NCBI RefSeq assembly: GCF_018350175.1 | Contig: NC_058368.1 | Span: forward strand, 208,322,001 to 208,386,000 | DNA: 64,000 nt | Direction of reading: 5' to 3' | From: Felis catus | Lineage: Eukaryota | In this document: piece by piece, positions 1 through 13,479 of the stretch | Layout of the letters: every line of letters starts with the position of its first letter | Position numbering within the stretch: the first letter of the stretch is position 1 | Translations under genes and position numbers: made by a program | Notes under the pieces: model-generated | The model's input: the letters and a program-made list of their open reading frames with translations, nothing else | Databases searched by the model: none | What the model was told of the DNA's origin: nothing

Positions 1-723
1 AAAATACCTGCACAGTGATTATAAGTAAATGTATGGTAATGTAAGATGTACCAAGGCCTCAGAAGAACAATTAATAGGTAGCAGGTATTTAAACAGCAAA
101 GTGAGTCATTCCCTTTAGAACCAATAAAGCTGTGCAAATGAGCGCTACTCAGATTTACATGCAACGAGGCATTAGCAAATCAATAGAGCGATTACTGCGG
201 AGGGCACCTGAATGTACAATCATGTCTGAAGTTATGTTTATGCACAAACCTCACACTTAAAATGCATTTTTATCTAGGCTATGGGGGAAACCAATGATTT
301 GTTCTTTCTCCTGCTCCCTTTTCGGTCTTACATTCTAAAGATTTACAAATCCACGAAGCTCCCGAATTTACAAGCCTAACCCAAGCTCAGGGAGGAATGC
401 CCAGAACAGCTTTCTCTTTCTCCCTGAGGAGCAGCACAAACCTGCCACCGAGGTTGCAGGGTTTTTTGGGGGCTCTTATTTGTTTCAGACTTTTCATGTG
501 AACATTAAATTGCAGGGATTTGCCTCAAGGAGACAATGTCATCAGCATGCACCAAATGATTCCTTCCAAGTTTGACAAAATTGCTACAGGGAAAGTTCCC
601 CAAATTTTCAGGACAATCCCTTAGAATTTGAGGGGGAACCCCAGAAATATACCACAGAGGTCAGCTGATTATGTCCCACTGGCCAAATCTAGTCCAATTG
701 CTTGCCATTATTTAAAAGAAATA

Positions 724-745
724 TTTTTAATGTTTATTTATTTTT

Positions 746-794
<49 letters not shown>

Positions 795-953
795 GGGGAG
801 GGGCAGAGAGAGAGAGGGAGACAGAATCTGAAGCAGGCTCCAGGCTCTGAGCTGTCAGCACAGAGCCCAACGTGGGGTTTGAACTCAGGAACCTTGAGAT
901 CATAACCTGAGCGGGAATTGAATGCTTCACCAACTGAGCTATCCAGGTGCCCC
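724..953 (-). mobile_element. Can-SINE (SINEC_Fc-like)
   Basis: T-rich tail, (GA)n tract, core aagcaggctccaggctctgagctgtcagcacagagccc, and head ending ggtgcccc. Confidence 0.93.
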
Positions 954-1399
954 GAGCTGCCTGTTTTTATACTGAGAAAATAAATGTCTAAGCTCAAGAT
1001 GGAGCCATTTTTGCCGGAGTGGGGGCCGGGGGGGCACTTCAGTAAACAGAAACCCAGGTATCTTGCATGTTCCTATAAACGCTCCTCTTAAACCAGAAAC
1101 GCAGTATATCCAGCCAGCCAATCCCAAATGCCAAGCCAACTCTGAGCTCTACACTTTTCTCCTTCTTGTTCATTTTCTATTTTTCTCTTCCTGCTTCTTC
1201 TCATTCTTTCTCCTGCAAATCTTCCTGCCTTCTGCCCCATTTTGCAGTTCTCTGGACCCTTGAGAATAGAGACTGCTCACTTCTTGAAGTGTTAAAGTTT
1301 GCCTGTATCACCTAAATTAACTTCTTTAATCCTTTTTAATAGTACATGAGTTAAGTGTTTTTTACCTTCTTAAAGGGTTGAAAAAAAGCTTTAAAAATA

Positions 1400-1585
1400 T
1401 TTTGTAACACATGAAAATGATATGAAATTCAATTTCCCATGTCCATTGATAACATTTTATTGGAACACAGTCACACACATTCTTTATTGTCTATGGCTGT
1501 TTTCACGCTACAACAGCAGAAGTGAACCCAAAAATCCTAAAATATTTACTGCCTTGCCTTTTATAGAAAAATATTCTGATCCCTG
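1400..1585. mobile_element. MER58-like hAT-Charlie fossil
   Basis: ttttattggaacacagtcacac...tgtctatggctg...aaaatatttact...gatccctg. Same motifs as the copy at 17706-18087. Confidence 0.65.
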
Positions 1586-2627
1586 TCTAAGTAATTGGTT
1601 AACTTTGGGGAGGTTAAAAACAAGCAAACAAAAATCAGAGGTACAGTATCATAACCACGAGGTCTTTCTTTTTGCCTAAATTTGGGACGTGCTTGAGTGG
1701 TGAGAGAGATGAAATTTTGTTAGCAAAGTTCAATGTTCCTTATAGTTTTAATTATTGGATGCCTTTTAAATCCGCAGCCTTTTAAAACCAATCAACCAAC
1801 CCAACCCATCTTAATGATTCTACTTGACCTAACTCTGGCAGTCTCTTCTATTCTTCCACTTCGGTCAAGACAGTTTTTGTCCCTGACCCTTTGTTTCTGA
1901 ATTCCGAGATTCTAATGCCCTCAGGTCCCAGGAGCAGAACTCAGGGCACAGAGTCGTAAAGGAAAATCAATTGCCAGGTTAGCGATCACCTGGTCAGTTA
2001 CACCATCCTTCAGAAATTATGCATGGAGGAAACACATATCAACATCCCCTTTGTCTCAAAAAGTGGGCAGATGTCATAATCTCTGTTTCACAGGTGTTTC
2101 CTCAAAATAACCTTGAAAAATAAAAAATTTTACCTACCTCAGACATTATTATACCCATTTTAAAGATGAGGACACTGAGGCCCAGAGAGATGAAGTGACT
2201 TTCCGGAGTTCTCATAGCAAGGCAATAAAAGAATGGTTCTCTACTCAGACCCAGGCATGCCTGACAGATTCTCCTCCATCTAAAGGTACAGTATTTGGGG
2301 GCAGTGAGGAACTTCCAAGGCTTGGTGAGGACTTTTCATAGGAACTGACCAACACAGGCAGTGAGCTGTACATATGTCATGGAGATTTGGGAAGAAACCG
2401 CTTCCAGTCCCTTCCTGTTTCTTACCCATCCCTAGAGCATGCCACTACATTCTGTCCCGCTCGCTTTCCTAATTCAAGGCATTGCTACCAAATAGGAGCC
2501 CTTGCTAGTGACTGGGGATAAAGGAAATCTATTCTGTGTCTAGGTATGTGACAACATGTACCAAGGAACCCTAGCTTGCTAAACAGGTCTCTGGGGAGAC
2601 AATCAGGCAATTAAAGACAAGGACCCA

Positions 2628-2845
2628 GGGCACCTGGGTGGTTTAGTCAGTTAAGCGTCTGACTTCAGCTCAGGTCATGATCTCACAATTCATGAGTTCG
2701 AGCCCCGTGTCTGGCTCTGTGCTGACAGCTCAGAGCCTGGAGCCTGCTTCAGATTCTCTGTCTCCCTCTCTTTCTGCCCCTCCTCTGCTGGCACTCTGTC
2801 TCCCTCTGTCAAAAATAAACATTAAAAAAAAAAACAAAAAAAAAA
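2628..2845 (+). mobile_element. Can-SINE (SINEC_Fc-like)
   Basis: gggcacctgggtgg head, CT tract and A tail. Imperfect TSD caaggaccca/caagggccca. Confidence 0.93.
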
Positions 2846-3317
2846 CCAAGGGCCCAAATCTCAGAGCAAAACTGAGCAAAAGCAGATTCACTCACGGACA
2901 TTCACGTGATAAAGGTATAAACAGATACACAACCAACAGCAGCTGCGATGCCTGAGTAAGCAGGAAGGTAGAGAGCAGAAAAGTGGGGGTGGGGTAGAGG
3001 GAACATTATGAAATCAGGTCTACTGTAGAAATTTTGTTGATTTGGGCCAGGGTGTGTTGTCTCAGCTCAGTAGAAGAGAGTGTTTTTCCAACTGCTGAAG
3101 ACAATGGACTGTGGGGGAAGAGTCTGTGAAAACCAAAGCCAGACTGAACCTCTCACATCTTCCTATGCAATCTCTGAAGACCTAAGACCATAATTAGGTT
3201 TACTAGAACCAAAGGAAAAATGTACGCGAATTCTGCATGGAAATGTTAAAGCTTATTCTAACGATCAAGAAAGAACATAGGAGTGAACACGGGCTTGCTT
3301 AGAAAATATCTCTCCCT

Positions 3318-3529
3318 GGGGTGCCTGGGTGGCTCAGTCGGTGAAGCATCTGACTTCGGCTCAGGTCATGATCTCACAGTTCATGAGTTCGAGCCCCATG
3401 TCGGGCTCTGGAGCCTGGAGCCTGCTTCAGATTCTGTGTCTCCCTCTCTCTCTCTCCCCCTCCCCTACTCACACTCTGTCTCTGTCTGTCTCTCTCTCTC
3501 AAAAAAATAAATAGACATTTAAAAAGAAA
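3318..3529 (+). mobile_element. Can-SINE with a short internal deletion
   Basis: Lacks the tgctgacagctca segment found in other copies. TSD agaaaatatctctccct/agaaaatgtctctccct. Confidence 0.93.
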
Positions 3530-3769
3530 AGAAAATGTCTCTCCCTTCCTCATCCCCTTCTTAGAAAACTGGCTCTTTGGATCACTGGAATCTCTCTCAA
3601 AGGCCTCTTCTCCATCCTTATTGCCTTGAATTTAAACTTAACCCCCCAAGTTCTGCTTTCTTTCTTCCCTCCCTCTTTTACTCTTTATTTTTGTGCAGTT
3701 CTGGAGTTGGACTTTTCCTGTGAACCACATGGACTGATTTCATCCCCTGGGCTCTTGTCTTAAGTCACA

Positions 3770-4100
3770 TTCAGTCATTCACGTACTCAATAAATATTTA
3801 TTGAGCACCGACTTTGTACAGGGTGCTGGGAACACAGCCTTGAGCAAGAAAGCTTATCCTGGAGGAGAGATACAGATAATAAAATAGTTTCAGGCAGTGA
3901 AACACTCCGGAGAAATTAAAGCAGGAATGGGGCTGAGGTAGCTGAGTGTGAAGGTCAATGAAGCCTGTCTGAGGAAGTGACATCCGAGCTACGGGAGTGC
4001 CGGCACTGGTCATGGAAAGATCTGGAAAAGAGAGTCCCAGGCAGAGGAAACAGGGGGTGCAAAAGCCCTGAGGCAGGAAAGAGCAAAATGACTTTGGTGA
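3770..4100 (-). mobile_element. L2 LINE 3' fragment
   Basis: cattcagtcattca...aatatttattgagcacc...tgcaaaagccctgaggcagga, the typical L2 3' end in reverse. Confidence 0.65.
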
Positions 4101-6933
4101 GGAACAAAATAGCACCTTCCGTTGGGACTGCTGTGACTATACCAATTCTACTTCAGTGAAGAATTTATTGGTTCTTTCTCTGCTTAAATAGTGAAGAAAG
4201 ACCATGAGAAATTAAATGGTTCAGGGTGGTAGGACCAAGTTCCATTCCCAGGGAAATTTATATAACCCTAGAGTTGGTCAAACATGTGAGTTATTTTTTC
4301 ATTTGTCTTTGGGAAAAAGAAAAATAAAATTGGCTTTTTTGTTCTACCACGTCTATTGTTTCCAGTGTGTGCCCTCTTTGACGCCTTCTATCCTTCTCAA
4401 CCAAGCTAAGCTTGGATCCCAGCAAGTAAGTGACCACCAGATGGGGTAAACGCACGTTCACAAAGCCCACACGTATGTACCTGTGTCCTCAAGGTTCCAA
4501 AGAGCCCCCTTTTCTGACTGGCTAATTTATAAGATCAATCACAGGAGAAGAAGAATGCCATGAAGCAATAAGGCAAATTATAATGTTGGCATTTCTTTCT
4601 TGAAGAAATAAACTTTAGGGAGTGGCAGACCATGACCTTTGTCTTTGTATTTCCTAAGGGGAACAGTATAGGCCCTGATACATATGGAAAGTCACCAGTG
4701 AGAGGATGGAGATAAATATAGGGTAGTAACCTTGTTACTCAAGGTCACTGAAATGATTCTGTTTCTGGTCAGAGGACCTGGGTGCTGAAACACCTTAGTA
4801 TTTTCTTCCCGTTGTACTTGTAACTTGGTGGAGCTGAGGCAAGATGTGGAAGCTGGGCACAGCTGGCTGGCGACACTCCAGGGAAGCCATCAAACCCTCG
4901 CTCTTCCTCATGCCGGTGGAAGTCAGGGAAATACTGGGCCCTGGCGTTCATTAAGGACACACACTAGCACCTGAGATCTACCCATTGTCCCCTTAAGCAG
5001 TTAAGCTGCTAATACGGTCTGGCATTAATAGGTTCAGGGGAAGCCAATGCTTTATCAGTAGAGCTGAGGAGTTAGCTGTCCTTACGAAGTGAGGTATGTG
5101 TAGGTCTCCATTAAGCAACAGAGGGGCCCAGACTGTGGTGGCGTCCAGGGTGGGATCTAAGGATCCCCACTGGGCACTCTGCACTCTGGCAGTCAGCGTG
5201 AGCATTCTGTTCTGTAATTCACCATTCGGGAAGCAAAGAAGGTAGGACACCAAGAGAACATCCATACGGGATGGACCTTGAGGTAAAGAAGAGGAGGAGG
5301 AACGAAGAGGACTGGGGAACACCCAACAGGCACAAATACTGATCTCACAGGCCCCCTCAGGGCAGCCTTCAAAATGTTTAACAACTGGCTTGCCTCCCGT
5401 CTAACCAATCAGCAGGCTGCGGGCTGTAAATGCCGATGAGGACCAGTTGAATTTCAGGTCTGCGTGTATGTTTTATTCCCGTTTTTGTAATGTACAGTAT
5501 ACCTCACAACTTTTAAAAGAAAAAAAAATCTGTAGGTTCGTTCTGTGCTGGCAAACTTTCTTAGTCCGTAGATACCAGCAGGACTATTCCTTGTTCTTTA
5601 TCTACCCGCTGACGCGGACCCTGCCATTCTTTGCATTCGAAGAGTAAGAACCTCCCTCCTTCTGGATCTCGCTCAGGGAAGTAATTTTGCCATCAGCTAA
5701 GCTTGAGTTCAAATCCTGCCTTTACAATTAGGATTCTTGGCAAAATCTGTCACCTTTCAAAGACTCAATTTTTAAAAACCTATTCAAAGGGATGCTGTTC
5801 CTCTGTCCCAGGGTTTCTGTGAGAACTGGCGTGGAGTTGCCTAGGTAACATGCCTGGTGCAGGGCCTGGCACAGACATGGTTTTCGCAGCGGAAGCTGGG
5901 AGATTGAGAATTTATTATAATTCAGATAAGTGCTACTTGGCGACTAGGTAATTTCATATATGGAAAAACGGGCTTGGGAAACTAATAATCTAAACTAATA
6001 GCAACGTAAGAAGTGTGAATGTGGCAGAATACAGGGTTTCCTAAAAATATTTGAAGCAAACGTGAGAAAACAACTCCCAACTGAAATACCAAACACGGCA
6101 CATTCTTATGTTCATGAAACCAACCATCTAATCAATGCTATTGCTATTTTCCTGAGTTGAATAACTATATATATGTAAGAAAGAGTTAAATTTTATTTAT
6201 TTAAGAATATTTCAAAATTGAGAGTTTTCACTGAACCAGCCTTCTCCCCTACACGCAATTACTTTACCATGATACGGTCTTACTTCACACTGGGGACCAA
6301 GTGTAACCAAATGTCACGTGTCTCTGAGGCAATTTCACACACCTTATCCCGCTTAATTCACAAATGGGGAAGTAATTATCAGAAACTGCAAGACCAGACC
6401 AGTGTTGCAGTTTAAAAAAAAAACAAAGTTTACAAGATGCCCCAACTTCTGTCCCCTCTGGTGATTCCCATGGCCAGGACCAGCACAAGTGGCTACATCT
6501 TGGCCTTTATTTCCCAGTCTCTGTGGAGAAGGAGATTAGCAGGCCTGGAGGGAAAGAAGTGAGCATGGGGTAGCTCAGGAAACAGGAGCAGAGGAGCTGG
6601 GCATTGAGGAAGCGAGTGGGGGTGGGGTACAACCACACAGCGCACCTGCTCAGTCTATAAAACAAAAAGACAAACTGCGTATTTCACAATAGTCAGATCC
6701 CGGGGCCTGCCCCAGCCACAGTTGCCCCAGTTTTGGCCATGCACCACAGAGCTTAACTAAGGATTGTAGCATGGATCTCATGCAGCAAGAGTGGAAGGAG
6801 ACCCTGTGTCTATTTGAAATAGAATTGTTAACATTTCTTCTAGAAAGAAGGAGGTTCATTCCTTGTCATATGACTGGGGAGTGTTAGCTTCTAAATTCTG
6901 AAGAACAATGAAACAATTGTTGGGCAATCATAG

Positions 6934-6937
<4 letters not shown>

Positions 6938-6970
<33 letters not shown>

Positions 6971-7030
6971 TGTAGGTCTGTGTATGTATACGTGTGGGGG
7001 GGGTGTACGTGTGTGTATTGGGTGTGTGGG
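6938..7030. repeat. (TG)n microsatellite with degenerate extension
   Basis: Directly visible. Confidence 0.9.
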
Positions 7031-8232
7031 TATATAGGGGTTATGTGGGGTGGCCTCACCATAGCCCAATAGCCCCCAACAATTCAATCTGAAGGAAGGA
7101 GCCCTGAAATTCAAGGTCAGGGTAAGGGTTTTTTTCAGATAAGCCAAAATTCCTAGGACTTGTGGAATGTAGTGAATCTGGAAACAGCCATGGCCTTGGA
7201 AGTCAGCCATGTGGATGTTGTGTGAGGACAGGGAAGGCGTTTATTTAGATCGACTAACAATATAAGTAGGGCTCTGTGTTAGCCAATAGAAAGGCAACTG
7301 ATGGTGTTAGGTAGGCTTCTTTTCTGAGAGCTCCTCTCCTGGATAAAGAGGACCCAGGAGTAGCAGAGATCTTTGGACACAGATCCAAAGACCTGGAGGA
7401 ATTTATTGTTAAAACTGAAAAGATGACAGAGCTTTCAAACAAAAAGTGCCAACATTTCAATTCTGAGATCTCCCCACTACACAGTGTTCTAAGTTTACAT
7501 AAATGTGCCCCTCATTTCCAAAACACAAGGATTCCTAAGCCAGCTTCGGCAGGTGGTGTAAGTAATCTAAGTGTGGCTCTTGCTTGAATCATGCAGGAAC
7601 ATCTTAAACCCTGGACCACAATCAGAATCTGACTTTTCACAAAGTCCTCAGGTGATTTGATAGACAGTGGCCCAAGCTTCCCCCAGCCTTCCAGCGAGCC
7701 ACTATGACAAACAGCAACTTCCGCCATTGGCTAGAGCCCCAGCTACACGTCCACCTAACAATGACTTTAATTCTCCCTGACCATCATTCAGAGGGACTGA
7801 TTTTACTTGAGTGTCCTCGGTTATGCAGGTGAACACAAATCCCGAAGAGTCTGGGAGCATTATCTTTTCTCCTATGACCCTAAGATGAACCCATTTTCTC
7901 AAAAGATGAAAAGGGCAGAGCTGGGGGACGGCTGCACATCATCTTGGTATGTGATTTGTTCTGATTGTGAAAGAAAACTGACCTCAAACTCCCCAAGGAT
8001 CATATGTAAAAATAAACTTTCCGCTGACCTCCCGTACATAGAAACAGCCTGTTGTCCCTGTTGAGAGCCTCGAACTTCCAAAGTGCTGGGAAAACAGCAG
8101 GAAGAGCTAGGGATAACCTCACCCCAGGCTGCCCTCCTGCAGGGCACTAAGAGACCCCAGTCAGGTGGGTCCTCGCAAGGCAACCTCAGCAATGCAGCTA
8201 TGTCTGTCCTTCAGACGGGCCCTGGTACTCAC

Positions 8233-8399
8233 GGAAGGTCCTGATGGTGTCGCTGGGCCGGCTGCGAGGGCTGGGGCCGTGGCGATTCATGGCCCTCACG
8301 GCAAACTGATAGTTGGTATCTGGATCAAGGCCCTTGATAACCATGGAGTCCATCTGGATCCGCTCTTGGATTAAGGTCCAACTCTTGTCAAAATCTGGT
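8233..8399 (-). CDS. EGFLAM: EGFLAM coding exon (exon 6), end of FN3 domain 2
   Basis: ctaaag|A CCA GAT...ACC TTC C|gtgagt, 167 nt, phase 2-1. Translates to (R)[55 protein letters not shown] and continues the exon 5 frame. Confidence 0.97.
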
Positions 8400-9039
8400 C
8401 TTTAGTGATTAAAAAAACAAAACAAAACAAGAAGCAGTGATTCAGGAAGAGCAAAGGGAAGGGAGGCTAGCTATGTAAACTCAGCATTCGGACTCTAGAA
8501 GCAACACTTATAAAAATGAGTTAACATTTCCTATCTAAAAGTCATCTTGATTTTAAATCATAGGTCACAATTTTTAAGTCCCTGCCAATAAAAGCAAGTA
8601 GATCATTTTTAGGGCCAGTTTTAAACCGTTTCAAGATCATCTGCTTTTCCTCGGCATGAGCTTGACTATGGTGAAAAGACCCCCACAGAGGAGTTCATTT
8701 TCAAGGACTGTGCCTTCCAGATGTTTCACAAACAAACCCTCCCCAAACAGCCGCCATTCCCAGAGGTCAGGAGAGCACAGATTCTGTCTATTCACAATCT
8801 GTTCACAAAGTAAACAAATGTTAAGTTTTATAGGGTGACTAACTGCATGAACGACCATGGGAAAACCCACGAAGATTGTGTTTGTGGCCATTCTTGCTCT
8901 TAACAAAATTGTACAACTGTGCCAACTCGCTGACTTCTCACAGGTTCTGCTAAGAACCCTCTAGAGAATGTGGGCCCTCACTTAGAGCTCCCACCTGGGA
9001 GGCAATACACAGAGGGTAAGGGTACAAATCAGGGGTTGC

Positions 9040-9225
9040 TCATAGCGGCTCAAATCCTGCCTCTACTACTTACTAGCTGCTATTTAACTTCTCTAAGTCT
9101 CTATTTTCTCATCTGTACAATGGTTATAATAAAAGTACTTATCTAAGAGGACTATCATAAAGATTAAATGAGAGCTATATCCTCAGCATACTGCCTGGCA
9201 TCACATGGTAAACACTCAGCATTTT
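9040..9225. mobile_element. MIR
   Basis: tcaaatcctgcctctactacttactagctg...ttctcatctgtacaatgg...agattaaatgag, the MIR core. Confidence 0.75.
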
Positions 9226-9304
9226 TTGGCCGTTATTTAAGGGACTTATCCACATCACAGAGCCAGTAGATAACCCTGTGTCACTGCTTACTCCTCTAAA
9301 CCTG

Positions 9305-9845
9305 TGTGTTCTGATGCGATAGCACTAGCCCATGTGGCTAGTCAGCACTTGAACTATGGTTAATCTGAACTGAGATGTGCCGCAAGTGTAAAATGTACAT
9401 TGGGTCTTAAAGGACAAAAAAAAAGAAATGTAAAATATCTCATTGATCATATATTGAGATGATAAGATTTTGGATTCAGTGGATTAAAATGTATGTTATT
9501 AAAATTAATTTTATTTGTTTCTTATTGCCTTTTTAATTCCACAATTAGAAAACTTTAAATTTCTGGGGTGCCTGGGTGGTGCAGTCAGTTGAGTGTCCAA
9601 CTTCAGCTCAGGTCATGATCTCACAGTTCATGAGTTTGAGTTCCACGTCGGGCTCTGTGCTGACAGCTCAGAGCCTGGAGCCTGTTTCAGATTCTGTATC
9701 TCTCTCTCTCTCTCTCTCTGCCCCTCCCCAGTTGCACCCTGTCTCTCTCTCAAAATTAAATAAACATTAAAAACATTTTTTTTAAGAAAAAAAAAACTTC
9801 GAATTTCACGCAGGGTTTGCATTGTATTTCTACTGGACAACGCTG
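9305..9845. mobile_element. MER33/MER3-like hAT-Charlie fossil interrupted by a SINE
   Basis: catgtggctagtcagcacttgaa...actgagatgtgccgcaagtgtaaaat, resuming after the SINE and ending tttctactggacaacgctg. Confidence 0.7.
9565..9793 (+). mobile_element. Can-SINE (SINEC_Fc-like)
   Basis: ggggtgcctgggtgg head, CT tract and A tail. Degenerate TSD aaaactttaaatttc/aaaacttcgaatttc. Confidence 0.93.
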
Positions 9846-10622
9846 TTCTGTCTGGTGTCCCAGTTGGAGGGGGAAAAGGGAGCATCCCAAGTAATATGAA
9901 CCACAAGATGAAACTTGGGAATGATCGCGCTTGGAGGGGGATGGTGTGAAGGCCTATTTAGCTGGACGCTTTGTGTTATTAGCTAATTAATAATAATTAG
10001 TCTATCAAGTGCTTGTGAGCACTGTTCATAGTATCTATGCAGGAGAGATTACATTAAACACCCTTCTCCCCTCATTTTTATAGAGGAAACAGAGCCATTA
10101 AATGATTGAGTAACTTGCCCAAGTTCACACAGCTGATAAATGGTGAGGCCAAGTTGGGTTGATGAGGAAGGGTTGGATTAAGAAGATCTTTGACACTGGA
10201 CACAAACTTGGGGTGATCGTGGCTGAGAGGCTGTTCTCCATCCTTAACTTCCTGACCACTTCTCAGTTGTTCGAGTGTTAAATACCTCTGCTCCCAGATA
10301 TTTAGAGGATAACAGAAAGCAAAAAAGATTGATGTTTAGCCTTTATGAACAACTTATCAGGCAAGGAAATAGAGACTTATTTTGCAGAAAGAAGATGCCC
10401 GGAGGATACATGGCTGTCTTGAATGTGAGCTTGCTTAGTTTCTCACTGGCAGGAATTAAAAGCCAAATGGAGTCCTTAAGCCCAGTAGAAGATGCTTCCT
10501 CAAGCTCACCATGCAGGCAAGTAGTCTGTGGGGCCTGTGTCTCATTAGAATTCATCTGTTTGGAGAAGCAGCGGTCACAGGGCATGCTCACTGGAGAAAA
10601 TCAGGGCTCATGTCTCTTTCTT

Positions 10623-10915
10623 TTTCTTTTTTTTTTTTTTTAATTATCTATTTTTTAATTTACATCCAATTATGTTAGCATATAGTGCAACAATGATTTC
10701 AGGAGTAGATTCCTTAATGCCCCTTACCCATGTAGCCCATCCCCCCTCCCACAACCCCTCCAGCAACCCTGTTTGTTCTCCATATTTAAGAGTCTCTTAT
10801 GTTTTGTCCCCCTCCCTGGTTTTATATTATTTTTGCTTCCCTTCCCTTATGTTCATCCGTTCTGTGTCTTAAAGTCCTCACACGAGTGCAGTCATAGGAT
10901 ATTTGTCTTTCTCTG
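10623..10915 (-). mobile_element. 5'-truncated carnivore L1 3' end
   Basis: Poly-T followed by reverse-complemented L1 3' UTR. Perfect TSD tcatgtctctttctt at 10608-10622 and 10916-10930. Confidence 0.88.
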
Positions 10916-12507
10916 TCATGTCTCTTTCTTGGTATCCTTTCCCTAAAGATGGACTTCTTGTGTAAACTAATTTTGTCACCAGAGAGAAAATCTTAGTGAG
11001 TGGACGGAAACACGTTTACAAACTTAACTTAGAACAAAATCACGTCACAGGGGAAAGCCACCGGCGATACCCAAAAGTTGACAGAAAAGATATGATCTTC
11101 AGATAAAACTCTCCCGTTCTCCATTGCTGAGCCTTCCTGTGGCATTTATAGAGGAAATGCCATGTAATTGCTCTCAGAACATGCCACTGTTTACCCAGGA
11201 CTGCCTGCAAATATCTAAACAATCCTCATGTGGAAATTACAGCCCCCCCCCCACGCAAAAAGGAGATTATACTGTATTTGTTCATTTAACGCAGGAAAGA
11301 AGGCTATATTTTAAGCGAATAAGAAACTGAAATCATTAACATTTAATTCCATGATATCAAGTGAGAGAGCAAAGCTCATGCGGACTGAATACCAGTTCAA
11401 AACCTTTAACATTTTGCCTCTGATTTTGTCATGGGTTTTGCATTTAAATGTTTTCAGCGTCTCTTGAGGTACAAAAGTGCAAAGGTGAGGTTGAGAGAGA
11501 GATAACCGGGCAAAAGCATTGTCTTAGATCATCCTCAAACAATAGCTTTATCTTTCTCCACTGAAGAAAATTATTCTATTCTGACTACAAAGTTGCCAGT
11601 CAAATCCCCATAGCAACACTAGCCTGCCAATTTCCCCATCAGCAAAAAGGCATGAGGGGGAAGTAAGCTAGGAATACGCTGCCATCCCAGGTACAAATAG
11701 GCAGCCACCAGTGGACACTTTCAGCACTTTTCCAAATAGTGGGATAGAGTGGGGTTGGGAATTCTGCATCTCAGGAGATTAACTGCCTTTGGAAGGTGTT
11801 TGGGCGGTGGGGGTCGGGAGGGAGAAGGTTCTGATGGGGCAGACACAGGGCAGTCAGCAGTGGCTACTCAAAACCCAATTAGCTGATTCAAGTGATTGAG
11901 ACTCACTCGTTCATTTTGGTGGAAACAGTACCACTGGCAATGTTAGAATCCAGCCTGGTTATCAGATATCTTACAGATCAACCAGCCCAGATATCTACAG
12001 GCTCTCAGAAATTACACGCAAGATTTTACGTGTGAGCATGATCATTTCAGTTTTCTAAGTACAGTGTCCTTAGCTTTTTATCAGATTCTCAAAGATAATT
12101 ACATCCCCCAAAGCTTTAAGAGTCACTGATCTAGTCTAGTCTCTCAACCTACCCATGGGAACACAGAAAAAAAGTAATTTATCTAAAGTCATAGAACCAC
12201 TGGGTGGTCTATTTTTCTTATTCCGTTTCTTGTGGCATTTTGACCACCTTGCCTATCTTTAGCGTCAGTCTTGAGTGGAAAGTCATTTTTCTTGGTACCA
12301 TCAACTCCGCAGGTGGCTGCCTCGGGCTACTCAATTGGCATGTGATTGATTATCAACTGGGTATCCATCACAGAAGCTATATTCTAGGAGGCTCCAAGGA
12401 GCTGTAAACACAATTCCATTCTTAGGGAGTTTATAGTCTAATGGGGAGATAATATATCTAAGGATCAGTAGGAAGCCAGTACAAAATAGCATATTTCAAG
12501 TGTTGTA

Positions 12508-12827
12508 CAGCTGATCTTTGAATAACACAGGGGTGAGGGGTGCTGATGCCCTTGTGTTGCCCAAAAACCATGTATAACTCTTGACTCCCCCAAAATTTAA
12601 CAGCCTACTGTAGAACTTAATGATAGCACAAATGAACACAAATTAGCACAAAGTCAATTAACACAAATTTCATGTTACCAGCATTATACACCGTATTTTT
12701 ACAATAAAGAGAATAGATAATGTTATTAAGAAAATCATAAGGAATACAGCACTCTACTGTATTTATCAAAAAAGAATCCATGTATAAGTTTATACAGTGC
12801 GAACCCATGTTGTTCAAGGTTCAGCTG
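12508..12827. mobile_element. TcMar-Tigger non-autonomous element (Tigger2a/MER8-like)
   Basis: Terminal inverted repeats cagctgatctttgaataacac / atgttgttcaaggttcagctg, with TA on both sides. Confidence 0.85.
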
Positions 12828-13479
12828 TATTTGAGTGGGTCGGTTGTAGTGAAATGGAATGCTGTGGAAGGTATGTGAGACCAGAAAGAACTTAAGTTAG
12901 ATTTCAAATGTATTTGGGTTTTGATAGCTGAAAAGGAATAGAGCATCTTTGGGTGAAGTAGAGACAAGAGCAACATCGGCTCTCTGTATGATCTGACCAT
13001 ATTACGTACTAGTCACATGTAAAATACAATGCGGAATATCCCAAGACAGTAAATATATGGCTCCCAGTAATGAATGATCAATCAATCTATACAAAAATGG
13101 GTATGACATATAAAAACACGAGCCAAAAGTAAGTGAATGAATATATGGCACTTTTGTGCAGATCATACATAGTCAAAGCTTTCCTTATCAACCTCTACTA
13201 ACCAACCTATCAAATTAACCGTGATCTTCATTTGTTCCCACTAAGTCAGCTATTGGCTTGTCAAGAGTCAGTTGTGTTTATTCCAAAACCTATTGATGAC
13301 TTTTGTGTTTGTTATTGTAATTATGTTAATGTAATATATAAACTTGTGAAATAGGAGTAAAATATAGAGCAACAACTATTTATGAATGTTTTTGAAAAGA
13401 CTTGATAAAGCGGAACCACTAAAACATTATTGCCTTTGATGTGGTGTGTGTGTGTGTGTGTGTGTGTGTGTTTATGTAT

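Noticed and set aside
3318..3400. tRNA-like A/B boxes at SINE heads
   Set aside because: These are tRNA-derived SINE promoters, not tRNA genes.
8165..8374. Plus-strand ORF overlapping exon 6
   Set aside because: It is the antisense shadow of the real minus-strand exon.
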